Shown piece by piece: positions 51,063 to 60,404 of a stretch of DNA of 64,000 nt. The notes under the pieces were generated by a model that saw only the letters and a list, made by a program, of their open reading frames with translations, searched no databases and had not been told where the DNA came from. How positions within the stretch are numbered: the stretch's first letter is position 1; the number at the start of each line of letters is the position of its first letter. The DNA comes from an uncultured beta proteobacterium (GTDB taxonomy: Bacteria > Pseudomonadota > Gammaproteobacteria > Burkholderiales > Burkholderiaceae_C): the NCBI GenBank assembly GCA_963775015.1, contig CAVZHI010000021.1, forward strand, positions 38,143 to 102,142, given 5' to 3'. The position numbers and the translations under genes were made by a program.

Positions 51063-51926
51063 GCGGTGGGGAGGGGCGGCTTGGCTGAAGAACCCGGCCG
51101 CCTGGAACAGACGCGCCATCGCGAGGAAGGTCGAACCCGAGGTGACGCGCATCTCGGTGCGCGACAGGATCAGCAGGTCGATCAGGCCTTCAATCACCGA
51201 TTGCGCGCCGCGTTCGATGTTGTAGGGGAAGTTGCGGCCGTCGGCATCGGTCGTCCAGTGCAACCAGCCGGCGTGCGCCTGCACTTTTTCGGGGTACGCC
51301 GTCTTCTCGAACACGTCGCAGTTCGGCAGCTGGGTGAAGCGCCGATTCACGTCGGCAGAATCGCTGCACACGAAGTAGCGCTGCTGCGTGCTGCGCGAGA
51401 CTTCATCGAACAGCGCCTCATCGTCGATGCGGTCGCCGAAGTCGGTTTTGCGGATGTGCAGGCCGATCACCTGGCGGTCGATCGCGTGCGTGTCGCAAAA
51501 GGCGCGCGCGCGCTGCGCGACATCGGGTGCCAACTCGAGCGATCGCACTGCTGCGTGCACGTCGGCGGCGTCAGCCCACACCGGGATCAGGTTGTGGAAA
51601 TAGACGCTCTCCTGCGGCCGGTTCAACAGCTCGGCGTACGCATGCAGGCCCGGCAGGTGCTGGTGCAGGACGAGTCGCGGCTTCGGGAAGTCGAGCTGGT
51701 TCTCCTGCATCAGCATCAGCGCGCTGCTGCGTTCCCGGTAGTGCTTAAGGGAGTGGGAGTCGACCGGTAGCGGCGGAACGAACAGACTCTCGAGCGGCGC
51801 GCCGCACCAGTTGTTGATCGGCCACGAGATCGACCAGTCATGCTTGAAGTGACGCTTCAGCACGAGCGCAAAGAGCAAGGCGTTGAGGCGATTCGACAGG
51901 CCACCGTCGCAAAGCACACGGTTCAT
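51063..51926 (-). CDS. Putative glycosyltransferase, fucosyltransferase-like (GT11/GT23/GT65-type HxRxxD motif); no own stop codon because it reads through the REPs into the methyltransferase
   Basis: Start MNRVLCDGGLSNRLNALLFAL (compare the GGLGNQ-type N-terminus). IGLHIRKTDFG resembles the fucosyltransferase HxR(R/K)xD motif. The ATGA start overlaps the upstream gene's stop. Confidence 0.55.
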
Positions 51927-53368
51927 GCCGGGACACCCTCGTCGCGCGGCGCCGCGTGCGGGTTCGCTTGCGCGGTCGTGACCGGCTGCCATCCGATACC
52001 GACCACGGTGTTGGGCAGGCTGCCGCTCACGTCGTCGTGGCGCGAGGCGTGCAAGGCGGTGTGCGCATCCGCGCCGAACTGCGCGCGCAGCCATTCTTCG
52101 GCCTGCGCGGCACCCTGCAATGCGGCCGGCGTTGTGAGTGCGGCGACGAAGCTGCCGCGTTGCGGGTGCATCAGGCGCTGCATCTTCTGCACCGCGCTGA
52201 CGAGCTGCGCGCCGCTCGCGCCGAGAACGATCACCAGATCGTAAGGCGGCTGCGCCGTCGTGTAGACCTTGCCGTCGGGGTTCAGGTCCGCAGCCGGCCA
52301 GTCGATGAGCGCGCCTTTGGCCGGGCTCAGGTACGCCGAAAGCGCCGCCGCGGCGGCTTCGAGTTCGGCGCCGCTGAACGCCTGCGGGCCGCTGCCGCCC
52401 TGGGCGCGCGCGAGCAGGTAGCGCTGATTCGCGCGGCGGTGCGGCGCGAGCAGCGCCTCGAGGGCATCCGCCATGCAACGCCGCGGCGACACGAGCGCCC
52501 CCAGGCTGCTCTGCTGCGCGTGGCAGATGAACTCGAGCAGCGCCGCGGGCTTCAGGTAGGGCGCGTCGTTGCCGCCGCCCTGCGCGAGGAAATGCGCCTT
52601 CGGATCGCGCAGCGCGAGCGGATCGTCGCGGTGCCGCCAGGCGTAGCGCTTGGCGTCGAAGCTCGCCTTCACGCGGTGGGGCGAGACGCCGCCGCTCCAG
52701 GTGATGAATGAATTGGCGTCGGTGAAGCCGTCGAAGTAGTCGACGCCGCAGCCACTCTCCTGCAACGCGAAGTCGAACGAGAGCTGATCGCGCTTGCTGA
52801 ACGCAAGGATGCTCTCCCACCAGGTGACGCCGAAGCGCTGCACCGGGGCAGCGTGGTGCGAGCGCAGCAGCACGGTGGCGGTCGTGAGCGGCGTGATCGA
52901 TTCGAGCGGCCGGCGCGTCGCGTAGAAATCGAGCTGGTTGCAGATCACCGACACGTCGTCATAACCGAGGGCGGCGATCGCTCCCGCCTCTTGCTGCGGA
53001 TTGACGCGTGTCGCGTGGCGAAAGGCGCGCAAGAGGTAGGGGCGGGTCGTCGCCAGGTCGGCCGCCTGCGGCAGGCGCTTGAAGCTCACCGTGTTGTCGA
53101 CGTAGAGGCTGAATTGCGCGGCGGGAAAGTATTCATGCGGCAGCGCTTTGGGCCGGCGCGAGAGCTTTTCCGGCGGCAGGTGGTTGCTCGGAATGAGCTG
53201 CATGCGCCAGACGTCGGAGCGCAGCTGCGGGTTGTCGGTGAGGCAGACGAAGTCCAGGTCCAGATCGGTCGCGGCCGCGACGGGCAGGTTGGCGAGCGGG
53301 TTTTCGAGCTGCTCTTTCGGGCCGATCAACGCGGTGTAGATGACGAGGCGTTGTCGTGGCGCCGACAA
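51923..53368 (-). CDS. DUF616-like (TOD1/MUCI70-type) putative glycosyltransferase; start uncertain (TTG at 53368 proposed)
   Basis: LVIYTALIGPKEQLENP...DLDFVCLTDNPQLRSDVWRMQLIP...SRRPKALPHEYFPAAQFSLYVDNTV follows the DUF616 pattern (YTAxxG..., FxCFTD, W, R..K..PH..FP, S(L/I)(Y/W)xD). It is formally the C-terminal half of ORF 51923..55258. Confidence 0.6.
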   Translation of the reverse strand: MSAPRQRLVIYTALIGPKEQLENPLANLPVAAATDLDLDFVCLTDNPQLRSDVWRMQLIPSNHLPPEKLSRRPKALPHEYFPAAQFSLYVDNTVSFKRLPQAADLATTRPYLLRAFRHATRVNPQQEAGAIAALGYDDVSVICNQLDFYATRRPLESITPLTTATVLLRSHHAAPVQRFGVTWWESILAFSKRDQLSFDFALQESGCGVDYFDGFTDANSFITWSGGVSPHRVKASFDAKRYAWRHRDDPLALRDPKAHFLAQGGGNDAPYLKPAALLEFICHAQQSSLGALVSPRRCMADALEALLAPHRRANQRYLLARAQGGSGPQAFSGAELEAAAAALSAYLSPAKGALIDWPAADLNPDGKVYTTAQPPYDLVIVLGASGAQLVSAVQKMQRLMHPQRGSFVAALTTPAALQGAAQAEEWLRAQFGADAHTALHASRHDDVSGSLPNTVVGIGWQPVTTAQANPHAAPRDEGVPA

Positions 53369-53374
53369 GCCGGC

Positions 53375-53467
53375 GTCATCCCGGCGAACCGTTGCCCCGT
53401 GCCCGACACGGGGGCCGGGATCCACTCTTGGATGACCACCGTGGATCCCGGCTTTCGCCGGGATGAC
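53375..53467. repeat. REP-like pair (long variant 53375-53425; canonical 53441-53467) lying in frame between the asnB-like and DUF616-like coding regions
   Basis: gtcatcccggcg-aaccgttgccccgtgcccgacacggggg-ccgggatccac ... gtggatcccggctttcgccgggatgac. Translated as ...VIPAKAGIHGGHPRVDPGPRVGHGATVRRDDA... Confidence 0.9.
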
Positions 53468-55258
53468 AGGCAATGCGGTCGCCGGCAAGGCTGCAGGTGC
53501 CGGGCGCGCACGGAGAGCTGGGTAAACATCGGCCCACCAGAACAGCAGCACGGCGACGTTCCACATCTTGAATACGGGTGTCGGCGCGCCGCGGTAGAAA
53601 CCGCGTACGAGCTCGGCGATCGCGTCCAGATCGAGAACTTCGGCGACCGGCTGTTCGCGCAGCGCTTCAATTGCGCCCAGGAGACGCGCCTGCAACGGCT
53701 GCAGAAAGAACGCCGGTGGCACCGTGAAACCCATCTTGCGCCGCTCGATCACGGAGCGCGGCAGTTGCGGCGCCATGAGACGGCGCAGCACATGTTTGCT
53801 GGAACCTGCATGCGGCAGTTTCATCGCCTGCGGCAGGTTCGAGGCGAAGCGGTACAGGTCGAGATCGAGGAACGGAAAGCGCCCTTCGAGCGAATGCGCC
53901 ATCAACACCTTGTCCGCCTTCATCATCAGGTTTTCCGGCATCCAGGTGTGCAGCTCGAAAGCCTGCATGCCGTTCAACGCCGTGTCGGCGCGGTCGTAGT
54001 GCGGGCGAAAGCGCAGGTGTTGCTGCGGCGGCAGCGCCTTGTCGCGCAGCCACTCGTTCGCGTCGAGGTTGTTCGCGCTCTGGTGGAAGAAGTGCGCAAA
54101 GGTCTGCTCGCGCCCGAGCGTCGGGTCGAGCGCGAGCGTGTGGTGCCCGTAGCCGGCGAACATCTCGTCGCCGCCTTCACCGGAGAGAACGACAACGACG
54201 TCGTCGCGGATGCGCCGGCACAGCCGCGACAGCGCAAAACACGCCGGGTCGGCGATCGGCTCGTCGAGCTGGTGCAGCACCTCGTCCATGCCGGTGCGCA
54301 ACTCGTCTTGGGTCATCGTCACCTCGACGTAATCGAGGTCGAACTGGCGCGCCACGTCGCGCGAAAACTGAAATTCGTTGACTTCGGGAAAACCGATGCT
54401 GTACGCCGTGAGCCGTGCCCCGGCGCGCTGCACGTAGGCGGCGATCGCGCTCGAATCCAGGCCGCCGCTGAGCAAGAGGCCGATCGGCACTTCGCCCATC
54501 AATTGCGACTTGACGGCGTTGCCCAGCAGTTGGTCGAGCTCGGCGACGTAGTCGGCCTCGGGGCGCGCCCGCCCCGGTTCCATCAATCTCACCTCGGCAA
54601 AACGCGCGATCTCGCTTCGCCCCTGCGCAAAGCGCAGCCGGCAGCCTGCGGGCAGCTTTCGAATGCGCGCGAACAGCGTGTGCGGCGCGAGGTTGTAGCG
54701 GTAGCTCAGGTAGTCCTGGAAGCCCACCGGGTCCAGGGCATGGTCCAGCCCTTCCAGACCGAGCAGCGTGCGCAGCTCGGAAGCGAAGGCGATGCACGAG
54801 TGATCTTCGTAGACGTAGAGCGGCTTGGCGCCGAAGCGATCGCGCGCGAGCTGGAACGAGCCATCGCGGTCGTCCCAGATGCACAGGCCGAACATGCCGT
54901 TGAGTGACGCCAATCCCGCGTCGCCTTGCGCGAGCACGGTCGCGAGGACGACTTCGGTGTCGGCTTGGGTCGTGAACGGGTAGCCGGCTTGTAGCGCCTT
55001 GCGCAGGTCCTGCCAGTTGTAGACCTCGCCGTTGTAGACGATGCCCCGGGCCGGGTCGGGGGCGTAGATCGGCTGATTGCCGCCGCTGCGGTCGACGATC
55101 GCCAGGCGCAGATTGGCGTAGACCGCGCGGGGCGTGAAGTGCGCGCCAAAGGCGTCCGGGCCGCGGTGCTTCAGGCTGCCGGCAAAGTGCTGCGCAGCGC
55201 GTTCCAGCACACTGCGCTGCACGTCGTGCTTGAAGTGAATTCCTGCGATGCCACACAT
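53468..55258 (-). CDS. asnB: Asparagine synthetase (glutamine-hydrolysing)-family amidotransferase; no own stop codon as sequenced
   Basis: Ntn nucleophile MCGIAG. PP-loop LLSGGLDSSAIAAY. About 590 aa of collinear AsnB-like sequence before the REP read-through. Confidence 0.8.
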
Positions 55259-55544
55259 GGAGGGCCTTCCTGCGGCGCGTGGTGATGGAGTGATGGGTTG
55301 ATCGATTCAGCGCCTTGGCATTCTGGTGCGCGAGGTGGACCCGCTTGGCACCGATAAGCAGCGTGTTCGGGGCTCAGTTGTGCATGGGTGTGGGGCAGCG
55401 CAGCGCGGCCGCGCTTCGAATTGGCGCCGAATCGCTGCGCTGATGCGCAGACCCAGGCGCGACGGCGCTGCCCACAATGGCGACGCGTCCGGCTGTGACA
55501 CCGGCGCAGCTGCGATTCCTGTGTCAACAGACCCTCGTGAGCCG

Positions 55545-57389
55545 ATGAAAAAACCGACCTATCCGTCAGTCGCAGCGAATCAGACACTGAGCCAACCGAG
55601 CGAGCGCGAGCGCGACCTGCTGCTCGCGCGCTCGGGGAGCATGGCGCTCACCGAGCTGATGCGCGCCGCCGAAGCGCTCACCCAAGCCGGCCAGCCCGCA
55701 GCGGCCGCCGAGCTTTACGAGACCTGGATCACGCACACCGTCTCGCCGATGCAGCATGTGGCGTGTTTCAACTGGGGCACGGTGCTCGGCAGCCTGTCGC
55801 GCCATGTCGAGGCGGAACGCGCGTACCGCAGAGCGCTCGCACTGAGCGACGGCTTCCTGCACGCGCGCCTGAACCTCGGGCATCAGCTCGAACACCTGGG
55901 CCGCCCCGCTGAGGCGCTGGCCGAGTGGCAGGCCGTGAACGACGCGAAAGGCGTCGCGCTCGAGCTGCGCCTGCACGCGCTGAACAACATGGCGCGGCTG
56001 CACGAACAGGAGCGCCGTTACGAAGAAGCCGAAGCGTGCATGCGCGCGAGCCTGACGCTGAAAGCGGCGCAAAGCGATGTGATCCAGCACTACGTGCACC
56101 TGCGGCAGAAGAAGTGCGCCTGGCCGGTCTACGAGCCGGTGGGCGCGGTGACGCAAAACCAGTTGCTCACGGGGACGTCGGCGCTCGCGATGCTCGGGGC
56201 GAGCGACGACCCGGCGCTGCAACTGCTCGCGGCGCAGCGCTTCGTCTTTGAGCGCGTCCCCAAGCCGCCTGCGCTGCCGTTTCACGCGAGCGGCGCGAAG
56301 CGCGAAGGCAAAGTCAAGGTCGGCTACCTGTCGGGCGACCTTCACATGCACGCGGTGGGCTTGCTCAGCGTCGAATTGTTCGAATTGCACGACCGGAGTC
56401 GTTTCGACGTGCACGCGTTTTCCTGGAGCCGCGACGACGGAACGCCGTTGCGCGCGCGCCTGCGCGCTGCGATTGAGCATTACCACCCGGTGGCTCTGCT
56501 GGACGATGCGAGCGTGGCGCGCCTCATCGCTGCGCAAGGCATCGACGTGCTCGTCGACCTGCAAGGCCTGACGAACGGCGCGCGCCCGGCCATCGTCGGC
56601 ATGCGCCCGGCGCCGGTGCAGTTGAGTTACCTCGGCCTGCCGGGGACCTGCGGTTTGCCGGGCGTCGACTGGATTCTTGCGGACCGCTTCGTCATGCCGC
56701 CGGAGCTGCTGCCCTACATGACCGAGCAGCCGATTTACGTGCCGCACTGTTATCAGGTGAGCGACCGCAAGCGCGAAGCCGCAGCACGGCCGACGCGAGC
56801 CGCTTACGGCTTGCCCGAAGACGCGTTCGTGTTCTGCTCGTTCAACAACTCGTTCAAGTTCACGCCCGAGGTCTTCGGCGCCTGGCTGCGCATCCTGAGC
56901 CAGGTTCCGAACAGCGTGCTCTGGCTGCTTGCGGACAACGATTGGGCGCACGCGAACCTGCTGCGCCACGCCGACGCGCAAGGCATCGCACGCGAGCGCC
57001 TGATCCTGGCGCCGCGCGTCGCGCCGCCCGAGTACCTGGCGCGCTTTCAGCTCGCCGACGTGATGCTCGACACGTTCCCGTACAACGCCGGAACGACGGC
57101 GAGCGACGCGCTCTGGATGGGCCTGCCGATCGTTACCTGGTCCGGGCGCAGCTACATCTCGCGCATGGCGGGCAGTCTGCTGCACGCGGTGGGACTGCCG
57201 GACCTCGTGACGCACTCACTCGCCGACTACGAGCGCCTGGCGGTTCAGCTCGGCCAGAACCCGCCGCGCGTCGCGTCGTACAAGCGTTTCCTGGCCGAAC
57301 ATGGGCGGCAGTCCAAGCTGTTCGACGTGCCGGGGCTGGTGCGCGATATCGAGGCTGAGTTCGAGCGCTTGGCTTGGGCGTACCGCTGA
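55545..57389 (+). CDS. TPR + GT41-family (OGT/SPINDLY-like) glycosyltransferase, copy 2
   Basis: Start at MKKPTYPSVA (55545). VKVGYLSGDLHMHAVGLL...VLVDLQGLTNGAR...RPAPVQLSYLGLPGTCGLPGVDWILADRFVMPP...YVPHCYQVSD is collinear with copy 1. Confidence 0.85.
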   Translation: MKKPTYPSVAANQTLSQPSERERDLLLARSGSMALTELMRAAEALTQAGQPAAAAELYETWITHTVSPMQHVACFNWGTVLGSLSRHVEAERAYRRALALSDGFLHARLNLGHQLEHLGRPAEALAEWQAVNDAKGVALELRLHALNNMARLHEQERRYEEAEACMRASLTLKAAQSDVIQHYVHLRQKKCAWPVYEPVGAVTQNQLLTGTSALAMLGASDDPALQLLAAQRFVFERVPKPPALPFHASGAKREGKVKVGYLSGDLHMHAVGLLSVELFELHDRSRFDVHAFSWSRDDGTPLRARLRAAIEHYHPVALLDDASVARLIAAQGIDVLVDLQGLTNGARPAIVGMRPAPVQLSYLGLPGTCGLPGVDWILADRFVMPPELLPYMTEQPIYVPHCYQVSDRKREAAARPTRAAYGLPEDAFVFCSFNNSFKFTPEVFGAWLRILSQVPNSVLWLLADNDWAHANLLRHADAQGIARERLILAPRVAPPEYLARFQLADVMLDTFPYNAGTTASDALWMGLPIVTWSGRSYISRMAGSLLHAVGLPDLVTHSLADYERLAVQLGQNPPRVASYKRFLAEHGRQSKLFDVPGLVRDIEAEFERLAWAYR

Positions 57390-57576
57390 GTGGAAGGGGG
57401 CGGGTCTTGCCTGTTGTGCCCTCTCCCTGCGCCGAGGACAGATTCGTCGACGAGAGGGGGCCGGAGGCAAAACCTGACCTCCTTTCCCTGACCCCTTTCC
57501 CGCTTCGGCTGCGACCCAATTTGCTCGCGCGCGGGTCTGAAAGAGGGGCGCCATTCAAAGGACCAGGGAATCCATC

Positions 57577-57720
57577 ATGAAGAGCGCGCTCTTTGTCGAT
57601 TTCGACAATGTCTTTTCGCAACTGCGCCAACTGCAGCCCGACGCTGCCGAGCGTTTCGCGCGTCACCCGTCGGCATGGATCGCGTGGCTCATCGACACGC
57701 TGGCCATGCCTGAGCCGCAC
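57577..57720 (+). pseudogene. 5' fragment of a NYN/LabA-like (PIN-fold) gene, truncated after about 47 codons
   Basis: MKSALFVDFDNVFSQLRQLQPDAAERFARHPSAWIAWLIDTLAMPEP looks like the N-terminus of NYN-domain proteins (xALFxDxDN). Beyond about 57720 the ORF is merely antisense to the toxin gene. Confidence 0.35.
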
Positions 57721-58239
57721 GAAGGCGCCGCCGAAGATCGCGCGCGCGGCCGCGAGGCCGGCGGGCAGGCTGACGCCTGCGTCGATCATCGCCGCAAGGT
57801 CCCGGTAGTCCTTGGCCTCCGCCCTTTGAAGAATCACCTTCAGCTTGGTGGCCATCAAGTCGTTGAGCGACGCGACCTGCGCGACACCATCGTCGGTGAG
57901 TCCCGGCTCGCCGACTCGACCGAATCCGATCGTGCCGAAGAATGAAACCTTCACGTGTCCGGATTCGCTGCGCGGAACAAGAACCGTCAAGGTATTTCGC
58001 TCGTCCTGCAAGACTGTCGCCTCGGCCATGAAAGGGAACGCTGCGCGAATCGAATCGCGATCGAGCGGCGGGTCCGAGAAGAAGTCGAAATCGACCGAAA
58101 CGCGATGCCCGAGGCGCAGTGCGATCGCGGTGCCGCCGTACAAGACGAAGCCGAGGTCGGCGGCCGATTTGAGTTCCGGCCAGAGCCGCTGTTGCGCGGA
58201 TGGCAGGATCTGCAAGCAGGGCCTGAACACGCGCGTCAT
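57721..58239 (-). pseudogene. AbiEii/AbiGii-family nucleotidyltransferase toxin, 3'-truncated
   Basis: MTRVFRPCLQILPSAQQRLWPELK...FVLYGGTAIALRLGHRVSVDFDFFSD (NTase GG...DxD), ...LMATKLKVILQRAEAKDYRDLAAMIDAG. Family-like sequence stops at ...AARAIFGGAF, about 35-40 aa short of typical family members. The rest of ORF 57133..58482 is low-complexity read-through. Confidence 0.6.
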
Positions 58240-58565
58240 GGAAACCTGCGCACCGGCGTCGCGGGAACCTGGCCTACGCCGGCCAGACCGAGCCGGTAGT
58301 GCCAGTAGGCCCAGGAGCGTTCGTTGAACTGCCCGGCCTCGGCGTGGATCAGCACTTCGCGCAGGGCATCGTCGCCAACGCTCGCGGCAAGCGCTTGAAC
58401 ATCGTCGTAGTCGCCGATGTTCATGACCTGGGCGATCACTCGCTCGGGCGTGCCAAGCGCTTCTTCGGGCGATTTCCACCATACATATTTGCTCGCCAAC
58501 CGCTTCAACGCGTCGCGCTCAACGTGGCCCACGGCATCTTCTCCGACTCGCTGCTGCGAGTCCAC
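58236..58565 (-). CDS. Small cognate partner (putative antitoxin) of the AbiEii-like gene
   Basis: 109 aa. Its stop overlaps the toxin start (ATGA). WWKSPEEALGTPERVIAQVMNIGDYDDV... is a type commonly found upstream of such NTases (recollection). Confidence 0.55.
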   Translation of the reverse strand: MDSQQRVGEDAVGHVERDALKRLASKYVWWKSPEEALGTPERVIAQVMNIGDYDDVQALAASVGDDALREVLIHAEAGQFNERSWAYWHYRLGLAGVGQVPATPVRRFP

Positions 58566-58645
58566 TTTGATTGTCGCACCGGCTCAGCGCGACATTGGGA
58601 AGGGTTGGCATCGAACCGCCGCACGGATCCGACCGAACGGCGAAG

Positions 58646-60010
58646 TCACTCCAGCCAAGCCGATACCCCCAACCCCAGCGAGCGCAGCAACGCCGACGCC
58701 TGCTGGCCGTCGTGCAAGGCGTTGATGTAGGCGACCCTGAGGTTGTAGTGTTCGCTCTCGGCTGACATCACGTCAAAGAGCGAGCGCCGCGCCAGCTGCT
58801 GCCATTGCTGGAGCGTGAAGTTGCGCACCTGGTTGCTGTCGCGAACGATGGCGCTCGTCTGGCGTGCGCGGTCGAAACTCGACGCCGCCTGTTCGTGGAC
58901 TTCGGCGATGCGTGACCTTCGTGCCTCCAACGCGTCCTTGCTTTGCAGGCGCGCCGCTTCGGCGCGCTTCTTCGCCGCGTCGATGCCGTAGTCCGCCCCC
59001 TGGTTGATGAGCGGCATGCTGAAGCTGATGCCGGCGAGCACGGTTCCGGGGTGGTTCCCGCCGCCTGCCTTGGAGCCCGTGAGCACCCAGTTGAGCTGCG
59101 GTTTCTGCGCCGCGACGACGGCGCGCGAATAACTCTCGAGCGCCTTCGCCTGCGCCTCGAGCTGGGCGATTTCGCTCGCTCGCGCCGCTTGCGCTTCCAT
59201 GTCGGGCAGCGGCGGAACGTCGAGCAGTAACGCCGTCATGCCCTCGCTGCTGGGCATGCCGTCGCCGATGAAGCGCTTCAACCTTGTTTCCGCCTGGCGC
59301 AATTGCGACACCGACTGCGACTGTGCCAGATCGGCCTGCGCAAGCGTCTTGCGCGCCTGCACGAGCTCGCTGGTGCGGCCGCGGTCCGCCTTGACGATCT
59401 GGTCCAGCACTTCGACGAGGCAAGCCATCTTGCGCGAAAACTGCTGATAAATCCGCGCCTGCTGGCGATGCCGATTGCGCTCGAGCGCGAGCGACACGGT
59501 CTGGAACGCGACCTGTTCCTGTGCCGTGAGCTGCCCCTGCCGCGCCGCCTCCGACAGGCTCGCGCGCCAGCCGGTGATGGAGGCGATGCGGCCCGAGTCG
59601 TAGAGCGGCGCGCTGACGTTGATGCCGATCTGCGCCTGGCCACCCGATTGCGAAACGACGTCTTTGGCCGACGCCGCGGCATAGCCCGTCGTCGCGGTGA
59701 CGGTCGCCTGCACGAGGCGTGCCGCGCGCGCTTCTTCGACTTCACTCGCGGCAGCTTCGGCGAGCAGCTTCGCCGCGCCGACGGCGTTGCTGCGCCGGAT
59801 CGCCTCTTGCACCATCGCTTGCAGCGTCAGGCGCGGCGCGTTCGCGTCGCTCGGAGCGGCGCCCGGTGTGCCGGCTGTGGCAGGGAGGGCGACGTCGGGG
59901 GCGTCTTCGTCGACGCAGCGTTGCGCCTGGGCGGGGAGAGCGAACAGCAGCAGCACCAGCGCCGCGGTGCAGCGGCGCGTGCGCGAGGAGGGCAGGGAAG
60001 GAACGGTCAT
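58646..60010 (-). CDS. TolC-family outer-membrane factor of the type I secretion system
   Basis: Start at MTVPSLPSSRTRRCTAALVLLLFALPAQA (60010). Two tandem helical-hairpin halves. Last gene of the ABC-MFP-OMP string. Confidence 0.85.
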   Translation of the reverse strand: MTVPSLPSSRTRRCTAALVLLLFALPAQAQRCVDEDAPDVALPATAGTPGAAPSDANAPRLTLQAMVQEAIRRSNAVGAAKLLAEAAASEVEEARAARLVQATVTATTGYAAASAKDVVSQSGGQAQIGINVSAPLYDSGRIASITGWRASLSEAARQGQLTAQEQVAFQTVSLALERNRHRQQARIYQQFSRKMACLVEVLDQIVKADRGRTSELVQARKTLAQADLAQSQSVSQLRQAETRLKRFIGDGMPSSEGMTALLLDVPPLPDMEAQAARASEIAQLEAQAKALESYSRAVVAAQKPQLNWVLTGSKAGGGNHPGTVLAGISFSMPLINQGADYGIDAAKKRAEAARLQSKDALEARRSRIAEVHEQAASSFDRARQTSAIVRDSNQVRNFTLQQWQQLARRSLFDVMSAESEHYNLRVAYINALHDGQQASALLRSLGLGVSAWLE

Positions 60011-60193
60011 GGTCAGGGTCGGATCGCCGGCGCAAGACATGCCGCGCCAAGCCGTTTTTGAGAGCCGCAACCTTAACCGCGAGGTCTCACCAGCTTGCCG
60101 AGGGGCGATGCAGAAGGGCCTGAATTCGGGCCGGTCGCGTGGCAAAGTGCCGAAATCAGGGCTTCAGTTTGTGATGCTGCAGCCGAGCGAGTT

Positions 60194-60274
60194 TGTCATC
60201 CCGGCGAAAGCCGGGATCCAGTGCTGGAGTCCCGTGCCCTGGCCCGCAGTGGATCCCGGCTTTCGCCGGGATGA
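60194..60274. repeat. REP-like inverted pair (60194-60220; 60248-60274) in the MFP-OMP spacer
   Basis: gtcatcccggcgaaagccgggatccag ... gtggatcccggctttcgccgggatgac. Confidence 0.9.
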
Positions 60275-60404
60275 CGGCCTTGGCGACCGGCGCAAGGCTG
60301 TCCGCAGGGACGGCCTTGCGTCCAGCCTCCTCCGGCCTGGCCGCTCGTATGGCGGCCAGGCCTTCGCCAGCCGTGAAGCGCCTTCCGGCGCTTCACGCGC
60401 GGGC

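Noticed and set aside
27197-57389. Possibility that the island is a recognisable mobile element or a pseudaminic/legionaminic acid flagellin glycosylation island
   Set aside because: No integrase, transposase, tRNA target or direct-repeat borders were seen. No neuB/pseI/pseB-type nonulosonic-acid genes are present. Only transferases, methyltransferases and an amidotransferase are there.
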